DNA of 64,000 nucleotides from Azolla caroliniana (taxonomy: Eukaryota > Plantae > Polypodiophyta): assembly GCA_043228905.1 (NCBI GenBank), contig JBHGNT010000021.1, positions 10,478,001 through 10,542,000 of the forward strand, given 5' to 3'. Made by a program: the position numbers and the translations under genes. Position 1 is the stretch's first letter, and the number at the start of each line of letters is the position of its first letter. Below the pieces are notes generated by a model. The model saw nothing but the letters and a program-made list of their open reading frames with translations. It ran no database searches and was not told the origin of the DNA. Shown piece after piece: positions 52,066 through 64,000 of the stretch.

Positions 52066-55000
52066 TGTTGAGAAATCGATGCGGAATAGATCATAATAAA
52101 CTATCTATGCACTGAAATATGAATTACAAAAATGCCAAAAAAACAAGACACACAACAGTGCACAGAGATTTATGTGGAAACCCTAAAAACAGGAAGAAAA
52201 AAAACCACGGGTGAACAGATTCTTCACTATAGTATAGTGGATATACAATACAGACATGATTCCAACACACTGTTGAGTGTATCAGCCGCACAGGGCTCTT
52301 CACGTTTGTTGTTACACACACAGCTATGGCGCGGCTCTCTCTTCTCTCTCTCACGCACTCTTTCATTCTACAACTTCTGCACATACACTATTCTACCTAA
52401 AAGTTTGCCCTAGTTGCATATATACTTACGCAACTTTTTGGTTATTTACATACGTAGCCCTCATGGGGCGCACACTTAGACTATGTACAAGTATAGTCTC
52501 CCGAGTTGGCTATTTACACGATTCCGGTTTCGGCCTCGGCCGAGTTCCTCATCAACTCGGCTCTTGTTTTCCGACTCTTCAACTATCGGCTTTCCAAACA
52601 GTCGGATCATCCTCCCACTAGAGGGACATATTCCCAACAAACTCCCCCTTCATTCCTGTGGGAGGAAATCTGTCAGTCCTGTATTTTGTCGACAGACTCT
52701 GAGTTTGTCCATAAGTAGGTTCTTGGTCAGCATGTCAGATCCATTGTGCTCGGTATGGATCTTCACAAGGGAAAACTGTCCTTCTTTGACTCTCTCCCGC
52801 AACCAGTGATACCTTCTCTGTATGTGCTTGGTCCGAGAGTGGTATGTTGCGTTCTTGGATAGGTGTATGGCGCGTTGGCTGTCACAGTGAAGAAGGAACT
52901 CCTTGTGCTCCATGCCTAGTTCGGTGAGAAAATTTCTCATCCAGATCAGCTCTTTTTCGGCCTCTACCGCTGCCATATACTCTGCCTCTGTAGTCGACAA
53001 GGCTATAGAGTTTTGCAGTCGTGACTGCCATGACACTACTCCCCTTGCATAGGTCATCACGTATCCTGACGTGGATCGGCTTGAGTCGGTATCTCCAGAC
53101 ATGTTTGAATCGGTAAAACCTTCCAGCATAGGTTTTCCGACACCATACCTTAGGCACACCTCCAAGGTCCCTTTCAAGTACCTGAGTATCCACTTCACCG
53201 TTGCCAGTGTTCTCTCCCTAGATTACTCATATATCGGTGTTGACCGGCAAGCTCAACCGGATCTGGGTCGGCTGAATAAGCCTGAGCTGGATCAACATCC
53301 AAAAGGATGAAGCCGGATCGGCGAGCCAGTGAGCAAGTGAGCCGGTGAGCTAGGGAGCCGGTTAGCTGGATCAAACAGTAACTGGAAGCCCAGTAGTAAC
53401 CTAGACTACTAGGTAGTTAATAGTCTCGTAGTTAGTGTCAGACGCTCGTATGAGCATTGAAGTACGCAGTACTTCTGTCAGTCCTCTTAGTACTTGTATA
53501 AATAGTGTTTTTGAGCACGGTTTATGTACAGAAAACTGTTATTGCTTGGTAATAGATTTTAATTTGTTCTCCTCTTTCTCTGTCTCTCCTGCGTACTGTA
53601 AAGCTTTCCATTAAACCTGTGTTTCTGTGTTCAGTTTTCTACTTGCTTCCGCTCATAATCTTTTACAATCGTCTTAGTGCTCCCACAGCAAATGCTATGT
53701 CCAGTCTCGTACAAACCATAACATACATTAGACTGCCGACGGTCGAGGTATATGGTACCTCCTTCATCTTCGCCTTTTCTGTCTGCCCTTTCGGACACTG
53801 CTTCGCATTCAATATGCAATTTCTCGGCAAGACTGAGCCAACCGGCTTTGCGTTCAACATGTTGAACCTCTCTAGGATCTTTGTCACATACTTCTGTTGT
53901 GACAACCATAGCACCTTCCAAGCTCTGTCTCGGGTTATGTGCATTCCTAAGATTTTCTTTGCCGGTCCAAGGTCTTTCATGGCAAATGATTTGCCGAGAG
54001 CTTTCTTCAAGCTTCAAATCTTCCTTTTGTCTTGACCGACTATCAACATATCATCAACATATAGCAAGCAAATCAAGAAATCTCCTTCCTCGTACCTTTT
54101 AACGAACACACAGTGATCGGCCTGTGTTTTTTGGAACCGATGTTCCATTATCAAGGACTCGAATTTCTTGTACCATTGGCGTGGAGCTTGTTTCAGACCG
54201 TACAAGCTTTTCCTTAGTCGACACACCAGATTCTCTTTCCCTTTCTCCTCAAAGACTTCGGGTTGATGCATGTATATCTCTTCGTCTAACTCCCCGTGCA
54301 GAAATGTGGTTTTGACATCCAACTATTCGATCCCAGGTCCAAACTGGCCGCTATGCTTAGAACAATTCGAATGGATGTCATCTTCACGACTGGTGCAAAT
54401 ATTTCGTCAAAGTCGGCGCCCTTCTTCTGTTGGAAACCCTTCACCACTATGCGGGCTTTATACCTGGGCTCGCTGTTGACTTCTCCAATCTTCACCTTGT
54501 AGAACCACTTATTCCCGAGTGCTCTCTTACCTTTTGGTAGCTCTACTAGGTCGTAGGTGTAATTCGCATGCAAGGATTCCATCTCCTCTTGCATCGCATT
54601 CAGCCATTTTTCTCTGCTCTCGTCGGCAATGGCTTCTTCATAGCACTCCGGTTCACCGTCATCAGTCAAGAGGATGTATTGACTAGCATATGTAATTGGT
54701 GCCTTCCTTTCTCTAAGTGGGTACCTTCGTCCACTCGTTGTTGGATCTCTTCTGGATGTCTCTGCCAACTCTTCTCTTTGCTCGGGATTCTGCTAATCAA
54801 TCGGCATCTCCAGGTTGGACAACTCCAACTCATATTCCTCAATTGATTTTAGCAGGTCTGCCGACTCTGACTCATAGTCTGTCAGTCTTTCCTAGTCAAC
54901 CGACTCAGATTCAGCTCTGTCGGCTGGTTGTCTCCTTACAACTTCCGGTGATGACACATTTGGCCTTAAGTCGATGGTGGTCGAGGTTGACTAGGGAGTC

Positions 55001-57689
55001 GATTCCAACTTCTGTTGCTTCCAGTCCTCAATTGTCTTATCTTCAAGAAAGACTACATCTCGACTTCTCACTACCTTCTTATCGACTAAGTCCCACAACC
55101 TATAGCCAAACTCATCTTCCAAGTATCCCATGAATATGCATGCTTTCGACTTGCTGTCGAGCTTTGACCTCTGATCCTTTGGTACATGCATATATGCCAA
55201 GCGTCCAAACACCCTTAGGTGTTGGTAGGAGACATCCTTCCCTGTCCACACCTGTTGATCAGATAGACAACTGTGTACATCGCCTCAACCCAGTAGGATT
55301 TCGGTAGTTTCGCATGAGAGAGCATGCTCCTTACTCTCTCCATGATCGTTCGATTCATCCTCTCTACAAGCCCGTTCAACTCTAGGGTCTTTGGCATTGT
55401 GTATTCGATCCGAATACCTTGGCACTTGCAGTATTCCTCAAACTGCCCTCTATACTCGCCACCATTGTCGGTTTGGACAACCTTCTCTTTCCGACCCGAC
55501 TCTCTTTCAGTTCTTGCCTAGAACTCCTTGAAAACCAACAGTACTTGATCCTTCGACTTCAGTACGAAGGCCCATGTTTTCCGACTATATTCGTCAATAA
55601 ACGTTACAAAGTATTGTCCATCTCGATGCAATGGAGCATCCATATAGCACAAGTCCGTGTGTACTAGTTCCAGTGCAGCTTCTCTTCTCGTCGGTGGTCT
55701 CAAGTGGAATGTCGTCCTGTTTTGCTTTCCGGTTAATCAGTCGACAGACTTCTCTAGGTGCACTCCCTTGACTTCTAGTAGAAGTTTCTAGTCAGTTAGC
55801 AGGTGCATTCCCTTCTCACTCATGTGTCCTAGCCTCTTATGCCATATCTCCCTTGCCGAGTCGGCTGCCACGTTCCCTTCTTTCTGTGTTCGGGCCACTA
55901 TGAGATTTCCTCAGCAAAACTCCCACTTGCCATTCCGAAAGCTATCACGGTAGCCTTCGTCATCAAGCCTTCCAGTGGATATCAGATTCAATTTGATATC
56001 GGGGACATGTCGAACATCCTTCAACGTTAGTCGACACCCTGTCGACGTCGTCAAGCACACACTTTCGACTCCAGTTATCTTGCACTCTCCTCTATCACCC
56101 ATCTTTACATAGCCATGATCCCCAACTATGTAAGTCGAGAAATACTCTCTCAACGGAGTAATATGGAAGGATGCGCCGCAATCAATCACCCAAGTGCACT
56201 CTTCGCTTGCAAGGTTTGCACTTGTTTGTTCACAGATGAACAAGAGTTCCTCATTGCTCATAGCAATGGCCGAAGTGTTCTCTTCATCCAGAATTTTCCG
56301 GAGTTCAACATTATTTCCAACACTCTTGTCTTTCTTCATGTGTCGGTAGTCCTTCTAGAAGTGTCCAAGTTTTCAGCAATAAAAGCACACAGGCTTACCT
56401 TTGGACTTCGACCTGGCGTGGGATTTGTTTGTTTGTTGTGGACTTCTTCTTCGCCGGTCTCTTCCTCTGTCCATATGTTGAGTCAGATTCGACTCCGTTT
56501 GGGACAGGACTCCTTTGTCTTTCCTCCTTGCCTCCTCGTTTAGGATTCTTGTCTTTATTGTCTGTAAATACAAGTTCTCTTCTTCACAAGAGGTGCTGAG
56601 AGTAACCACCAGGTTCTTCCAGCTTTCTACCAACGTACACATTAGCAAGATGGCCTGCATTGCATCATCTAGGGGAAACTTGGTCGCAGCAAGTTGATTT
56701 ACATACCCCATAAATGTGTTGATGTGTTCGACGATGCTCTCACCGTCTCTATATTTCAGCCATACGATTTTTCTCATTAGTGAGGTTCTATTTAGCGCAT
56801 TCTTCCTCTCGTACAGACCCGACAACTTCTGACACATCTCGTGGGCATTCGTGTCGTTCGCCACATGTTGAAGAACACTTACATCGACACATTGTCGGAT
56901 TGTGGCTACCGCCTTCCTATTCAGAAGCTTCCAATCCGACTCCAATACCCCCCTGGGTATTTCTGCTCCATCGACTGGCTTGTACAGGTCTTTAACTATG
57001 AGAAGGTCTTCCATCTTTATCTTCCAGTCTGCATAGTTCTGCGAGTTCATAACTATCATACCTGGGAAACCGCTAACACCTCCTTCCATGCTTGCACCTC
57101 AAGCTCTGATACCAATTTCTTGAGAAATTGATGCGGAATAGATCACAATAAACTATCTACGCACTGAAATACAAATTATAGAATTGCCAGAAATACAAGA
57201 CACACAACAGTGCACAGAGATTTACGTGGAAACCCTAAAAACGAGAAAAAAAAACCACGGGTGAATAGATTCTTCACTATAGTATAGTGGATATACAATA
57301 CAGAGATGATTACAACACTATGTCGAGTGTATTAGCCGCATAGGGCTCTTCGCGTTTGCTATTACACACACAGCTATGGCGCGACTCTCTCTTCTCTCTC
57401 TCACGCACTCTTTCGTTCTACAACTTCTGCACACACACTGTTCTACCTAAAAGTTTGCCCTAGTTGCATATATACTTATGCAACTTTTTGGTTATTTACA
57501 TACGTAGCCCTCATGGGGCACACACTTAGACTATTTACAAGTATAGTCTCCCAAGTTGGCTATTTACATGATTCCGGTTTCGGCCTCGGCCGAGTTCCTC
57601 ATCAACTCGGCTCCTGTTTTCCGACTCTTTGACAATCGGCTTTCCGAAGAGTCGGATCATCCTCCCACTGGAGGGACATATTCCCAACA
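52066..57689 (-). mobile_element. Full-length degenerate Ty1/copia element D (Tnt1/Tork-like)
   Basis: LTRs 52066-52639 and 57118-57689; perfect TSD ATGTA; PBS-Met 57114-57103; PPT adjacent to 52639; gag 56373-57089, WVIDCGASFH, NGLVERMNRTIMERVRSML, LYVDDML, KWILRYLKGT, YHSRTKHI. Confidence 0.94.
53238..53667 (+). mobile_element. Solo LTR related to family A, inserted in the RT of D
   Basis: TGTTGA...TTTACA; TSD ATCGG/ATCGT; shares ATGAGCATTGAAGTA, TACTTCTGTCAGTCC and CCATTAAACC with A LTRs. Confidence 0.87.
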
Positions 57690-59302
57690 ATGTATCTGCA
57701 TTAGATACTCACTGGAGCAAAAGGGGTACAAGTGCTACAACCCCTCAACTCGAAAAGTTCGCGTAAGTCAAGACATCATTTTTGTAGAGTCCGCATCCTA
57801 GTACGCACTAGAGACAACTTCGACTTTGATTCCACTCGACACGGAATCCGCCAAACAATAGCTAGAAGATGTAGATCGCATTACACGCATATTCGAAGAA
57901 TGTCCAATCACGACCCGACTGAGCGGACCACAAGAGCCTTTGAGCAATCAAAGCACATCTCGACAAAGTCCGAAGTTGGACAAAGGAAAGGCCAAAATGC
58001 CAGAGTATGAAGACGCTCATTTCAATAGCAACGAATCGACTCATTTCCTCGATAGTGACTCCGAAGGCCTTGACATCCGGACAAATGGAGTGAAGAATGC
58101 CTTAGAATCTGCAAACAAGAAGCTACGCCGATCCACCCGTGAAAAGAACCCTGTAAGCCGCTCCGGCTACGATGAGTATATGGCGTACCATTATGCCTTT
58201 ATGTTGAAGGTCGCAACAGTACGGGAGCCGGAAACCTTTTCCGAAGCCGCGATGGATCGAACCAATGAATGAGGAGATGCGTGCACTACGCAAGAACGAC
58301 ACATGGGATCTCGTTCCTCACTCACCGCACAGGAAGGTGATCGGATGTAGATGGATCTACAAGGTGAAGTATAATGCCGACGGCTCCGTCAACCGCTACA
58401 AAGCTTGACTACTAAGAAACATTTGCCCCGGTGGCAAAGATGACGACTGTGCGGACCGTAATTGCACTCGCAGCGGTTAAAGGGTGGCACCTCCATCAAA
58501 TGGACGTAAAGAACACCTTTCTTCAAGGAGAATTAGACGAGGAGGTGTACATGGTACAACCACTCGGCTTCGATTCGTGCATTCATCCAAAAGCCGTATG
58601 CCAACTCAAGAAGCCTCTCTACAGCCTCAAGCAAGCACCGCGTGCTTGGCATTCGAAGATTACACAATATCTTCATCAAATCGGCTTTCGAATGTCGAAA
58701 TCTGACAACTCCCTCTACGTACAACACAACTCTAGAAGCCTAATTGTCATCATCCTATACATGGATGATCTGGTCATTGGAGTTGAAAGTTTAGTCGACA
58801 TCAACAAGGTCAAGTCCCTCCTCTCCGGAAAATTTGAGATGACGAACATGAAGGAGCTCCATTACTTCCTTGGCATCGAAGTAATTCGGATTTTGGTCGG
58901 CATTATGATCTCTCAACGACACTACATTCTCAACTTGTTATACAAGTTCCGGATGAGTGAGTGCCAATCGGTCGCTACGCCTCTCGATCGAAACCACAAA
59001 CTAGATGCTGACTCTGGCACAAACGAGTGCGAGCCGACCCAATATCGTCAACTGAACGGGAGCCTCATCTATCTCACGATCACTTGACCCAACCTTAGCT
59101 ATCTAGTCGGACATTCACTTGGATTGCGCTAAGCGAGTATTATGATACGTGAGCGGCACAATGGATTAAAATGTTCTCTACGCATCGGCCACACCAATAT
59201 GACTCGAAGGGTACACAGACGCGGACTGGGTAGGCTACAAAGCTGATCGACGATCGACCTCTGAATTTGTCTTCTTGCTCGGTAGTGGAGCAATATCTTG
59301 GA

Positions 59303-59513
59303 TTATTTCTCCAACTTCGGGTTGAGCTTTTGTCGCTTCTCGTTAGGAATATGCACGTACGCAATCGAATCGGATATCCGGATATATGATAGATCCAACT
59401 TCTTTCCGAAGAACTTCTCATGAGGGGTTATGTCATGTACCACAGAGGTTGTACATTTGTTCATGAGATAGACGGTTGTATTAGCTGCTTCTACCCAGTA
59501 CGATTTCGGCAGG
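59303..59513 (-). mobile_element. Copia integrase fragment, probable upstream continuation of J
   Basis: Minus strand LPKSYWVEAANTTVYLMN..ITPHEKFFGK..AYVHIPNEKRQKLNPKLEK. Confidence 0.82.
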
Positions 59514-59639
59514 TGTCCAAAAGAGTTGAGTAGTGAAATATTAATCTATGTCAAGTTATATAAGTAAGTGGACACCAATTTCGAAGGAAAGGTGTGCAAA
59601 AGAAATGGTGTAGTTAGGAAGTCGCTTAAACCAAGGGAT

Positions 59640-60047
59640 TTGGCGTCTCTATTTATAGTATCTCTAGGAAAGTTCATGAAACACAACTTCATTTATTCAT
59701 GGTAGGCCCATCAGTTTAAGACTTGCATATCTGATTTTCCAAATGATGTAGTAGTCACAGTAGTAGATTTCGTAGAGAATTATACTTTCAAGCTGCAGAA
59801 TGAAATTCATTCCATGCATTGGTGTTCAGTGCGAGTAACCATTTTTGTGCACATAACATATTTTCGAGTTTCAGGTGATGTTAAGAAAGTAATTCATTTT
59901 TTTATTTCTAATGATAAGAAGCATGATACCTTGTTTTTCCAGCACTGTTTTAAGTTAAATTGGCAATGGTTATTATGTCAACGTTTGGAGCTTACTCAAC
60001 ATTGGGTTTGGTCCGACAGAGCTGCGTCACAATTCAAGGCTAGACGT
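59640..60047 (+). pseudogene. DNA transposase fragment (DFxENY family, Sola-like)
   Basis: In frame with ORF 59814: KFMKHNF..W*AHQF..VVDFVENYTFKLQNEIHSMHW..FISNDKKHD..WVWSDRAASQFKAR. Superfamily assignment is from memory of motifs. Confidence 0.68.
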
Positions 60048-60660
60048 TGTCGGGGTAGTTGTGGTTCGTGCGGTGAAGTCGCAGGGAATAAGGTTAAAGG
60101 GAGTTGACAAAACTTTTATAAGGCTTTGCACACAAATGTTAGGAAGATTAAGGATAAGAAGAATAAGAGTTTAAAGTAATGTGTGAGAGAGAGATGAGCA
60201 AAAATAAAAGATAGAGAGAATGTATGATTTAAGAAGAAAGAGTATAAGATATGAACATGATTTATATTAAAATAAGAAAACAAGTTTTTTACCAACATTA
60301 CAATGCTTTATAACAAGATGAACCCTTTCTCTACCGACTCTTGATTTGAACCCTTGACTCGAACTTGGAAACACGAGCCTCTTCACCAACAAGCTAACTT
60401 GTTTATTTCATTAATTATGTTCTAACTTTCTCTTGATTCCCATTTGTTTTCCTTTCCCCTCTTTTTATAAGTATTGCCATGCATATGGTAATGTGTAGGA
60501 GCATAGCATGCATGTAATGCATGAGTTACATGTGATGCATGATCACCATTTGGCGCACATGGCTCCCATGTATGAAAATATATATGGGATAACTATTATG
60601 ATGGACATGAAACTTTAAAATAAATAACCTAGCTTAGTGGTATATGCTTTGTGCTTGGTA
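60048..60660. repeat. Probable partial LTR of an unidentified element
   Basis: Starts TGTCG exactly where the transposase similarity ends; non-coding, with a minus-strand TATAAAA; no partner in the window. Confidence 0.35.
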
Positions 60661-63600
60661 TATGAAGAGAATAGCGTGCGGAAGCAATAGAAAACCGAAC
60701 ACAGAAAATACGCAGGTTTAATGGAGAGGTTGAGCACCTTTTATACAAGCCTTGACAATAGGGCTGATACAAGTATTGACAATACTTGAATGCTCATAAA
60801 GGAGCCTACTACACTAACTCCCAAAATTATTCCTTACGAGGAATACCATACTAACGGCCTTCCAGTTTACGCACTGATATGGCCACGTTATGCGTACTGT
60901 TTTACGCACCCAATCTATGCACTGGGTTACGAACTGTATTACGCACTAATGTTGAGCTTGTCTCTCAACATTCCCCCTCAAGCTCAATTTGAGGTTCCAC
61001 CTGCTCCGTCGGATCTACGCTCCGGTTCCTTCTGGCTTCACGCCTCGCTCGCGCTCCTCGACCCTTCCGGTCGGCTTGTCTGCTTACACGACCCTTCTTG
61101 GCTTCCTTGTTGTTGTGGTGTTGGCGCCTCTTCTACTGCCTTCTCTTCTGCTTGGCCCTTGGTTGATTCAGCGTATCCGAATCAAACATCCGAACTGACT
61201 CGGCTTCCTCCAATCGGTTTTCGCTCTTGTCCGAGTTGGCTGTCTCCAACTCGTCTTCGGTCTTCTCGCCCTTGATGGCTTCGTCTCCCCCATGCTTGGT
61301 TGGCTTCGACTCTTTCTTTCGACTGCTCCCCTTATGTTCGCTTTCAGACTCTTCCGCGGATCTACCCTCGGCGTCTTCAGCCGATCCGACATCCACCTCG
61401 GCATCATGGTCTTTTCCGCTCCTTTCTTGCTCCCTTCCGTGGTCATCTGGGACGTCTCTCCCCCTCAAGTTCGGCACGTCGAGGTGACGCAACCCAAGCA
61501 CTCTCGAGAATTGCCGCAACTTGTCCCATGTTTGGTTGGCTTCGGCTCTTTCTTTCGACTGCTCCCCTTATGTCTGCTTTCAGACTCTTCCACGGATCTG
61601 CCCTCGGCTTCTTTCAGCCGATCCGCCATCCAACTCGGCATCATGGTCTTTTCCGCTCCTTTCCTGCTCCCTTCTGTGGTCATCTGGGACGTCTCTCCCC
61701 CTCGAGTTTGGCACGTCGAGGGGACGCAACCCAAGCACTCCCGAGAATTGCCGCAACTTGTCTAGACCAAGAGGCTTGGTGAAGATGTCGGCGGTCTGCC
61801 GATCCGTCGAAACATACTGAAGTTTGACTTCACTGGAGAGGACACGCTCACGGACGAAATGGTAGTGCACCACAATGTGCTTAGTCCGGGCGTGGAAGAT
61901 AGGGTTCTTAGCTACCTGGATGCTACTGAGGTTGTCGCAGTGGATTATCGTTGGATTGGATACCTCCACTTGCAGATCCTTCAGTAGCCGCTTCAACCAT
62001 ATGGCTTCGCATGTCGCTACAACCGCTCCTCTATACTCGGCTTCGGTGCTTGACATCGCAACTGTCGGCTGCTTCTTGCTACTCCACGCAATCGCGGCAT
62101 TCCCAAGAGAGAACGCGAAACCAGACGTGGATCAGCGATCATCGGCGTTTCCGACCCAATGAACATCGGTGTAACTGACCAACTGCGTGGCAGTATTGGT
62201 CTGATATAGTAGCCCCCGGTCCTTAGTGCCACTGACATACCGGAGTACGCGTTGTGCGCATTGAAGGTGCTCCTCGGTCGATCGGACCATGAACTGACTA
62301 ATCACCCTGACCGTGTAGCTGAGATCTAGTCGGGTGATGGTCAAGTATATAAGGCTTCCGACTATCTGTCGGAACCTCGTCGGGTCGCATACCTTCTCGG
62401 AATCAGGGCGAAGCTTGACGGTTCTATCCAGAGGAGTCAAGATGAACTTACAGTCGGCCATCCCAAATTCGAAGAGCATACTTAGCACGTAATGTCATTG
62501 GCTGATCAGTATGCCTTTAGGGGTGCGGTTCACTTCGATCCTGAGGAAGTAATGAAGATCCCCCATATCCTTCATATCGAATGATGCCGCAAGCTGCAGC
62601 TTCACGTGGTCAATCTCACCTAGGTTGACGCCGGTGATGACCAAGTTATGAACATAAAATAAAATGCCAACCGGCCCGAGTCAACCTTTCCGGATAAGCA
62701 ATGAGGAATCCGATTTGGATGTTGCAAAGCCCATCCGATGCAATCGTTGCGTGATTTTCGCGTTCCAGGCACGCGGGGCTTGCTTTAGTCTGTAAAGGGA
62801 TTTCTTCAATCCGCACACCGCTGAAGTGTTCGTTCCGGAGTGAAATCCGGGGGGTTGTACCATGTACACCTGTTCCTCAAGCTCACATTACAGGAACGCA
62901 TTCTTTACATCCATCTGATGTAAGTGCCACCCCTTTGCCGCAGCTACTGCAAGCAAAACACGGACGGTCGTCATCTTCGCGACCGGCGCAAACGTCTCAT
63001 CGTAGTCGATGTCGTGTTTTTGCGAGTAGCCTTTCGCTACTAAATGGGCCTTGTATCGGTTGACCAAGTCGTTGGTGTTGCACTTGAACTTGTACACCCA
63101 CCTGCATCCGATCGGCTTCACACCCTTTGGTGTGTCAACCAGGTCCCAGGTTTCATTCTCTGCCAATGCGCGCATCTCTTCCTCGATTGCGGCGCGCTAA
63201 TTTGCGTCCTTCACCGCTTTTGTGTAGCTCTCTGGCTCACGCACTTCCGCTACATAGGTCATGTACGCATAGTGATGCGCCATGTACTCATTGTAACCGA
63301 ACTGCACAACAGGGTTCTTCTGGTGGGTAGACCGGCGTAATTGCTCATTAGCCGATATTGAGGCTATCTTAGCGGACTTCGCTCTCAAAGACCCATCATC
63401 ACTGCCCTCGGAGTCGAACCCGCGTTGATCCAACTCACACGATCCGACTCGTTCCTATCCGTGCCATAATCCGACACCTTGTTCTTCCCTTTTTCCTTGT
63501 GCGTAGCCCGTCTCCTCGGCTTCTTGCTCACGGAATGCACGGCCGAGTCTCCACTACTCGCCGGGTCTTCATCGGACTGGTCAAACCGACTAAGTTGTCC

Positions 63601-64000
63601 AGCCTGTCCGCTTAACCGAAACGAAATCGGACTCTCATTGCGGGTCCCGATTTCAAGCTCATCTGGAGGCATCTCGGCCTCACTGACCTCATCATCAGAA
63701 CACGGATTGGAGGTGAGGTCCGTAGTCGGAGGCAAATACCAGGACACGGACTCGTCAAACACAACGTTGCGACTCACGAGCGCTTGTTTGGTGCGAGGGT
63801 TATGACACTTATAACCCTTCTGCTCGTCCGAATAGCCAACCAAGATACACTTCTCGTCTTTCGCGACCAACTTCCGTTGCTTCTCCTTCGGTACATGCAC
63901 ATACTCAATGCTACCAAAAACTCTCAAGTGTCGCAGATTCGGCTTCCTTCCAAAATACAGCTCATGCGCCGACACTTTTTCTCCGATCCAATTCTGAATA
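60661..64000 (-). mobile_element. Copia element P (family A): 3' LTR 60970-60661, PPT, RH, RT, INT C-terminus; continues beyond the window
   Basis: ORFs 63385-63975, 62888-63175, 62132-62488 and 61580-62056 closely parallel copia A pol; LTR homologous to 30665-31061. Confidence 0.92.
61289..61763. repeat. ~236-bp tandem duplication in the pol tail of P
   Basis: CCATG.TTGGTTGGCTTCG at ~61290 and ~61526; single copy in element A. Confidence 0.88.

Larger units (their letters stand above)
51919..59302 (+). mobile_element. Copia fragment N (INT C-terminus 51919-52065 and 57695-59302 through RT to RH start), interrupted by element D
   Basis: TPHEKFF..KLDPKSEKC|I..YSLEQKGYKCYNP continuous across TSD ATGTA; QMDVKNTFLQG, LYMDD, YTDADW, GAISW. 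Confidence 0.88.

Noticed and set aside
34531-59305. PIF/Harbinger element because of the TTA duplication
   Set aside because: No TIRs; both ends lie in mid-RNase H coding sequence.

Overview
This is eukaryotic, gene-free DNA made of nested retrotransposons. The element types suggest a non-seed land plant such as a moss or fern (inference). I found no host gene, RNA gene or CRISPR array, and there is a 100-N gap at 6981-7080. Left half: a minus-strand APE-RT LINE is split inside its endonuclease by a 27.7-kb Ty1/copia element (3396-31061). That element carries three insertions: a rearranged Ty3/gypsy composite (4316-8022), a full-length tRNA-Trp-primed gypsy (8653-15663), and a tRNA-Arg-primed gypsy with an extra 3' ORF (19207-30329), which itself holds a solo LTR and a copia remnant. 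Right half: fragments of several copia and gypsy elements, one TSD-bounded Tnt1/Tork-like copia (52066-57689), and a DFxENY-type (Sola-like) DNA transposase relic. The most notable signal is a pair of reciprocal junctions at 34531-34533 and 59303-59305 that share TTA. Together with a chimeric gypsy between them, they suggest a ~24.8-kb circle was excised and re-integrated in permuted form. All coding regions are degenerate. Boundaries were read by eye, with no alignment or database search.
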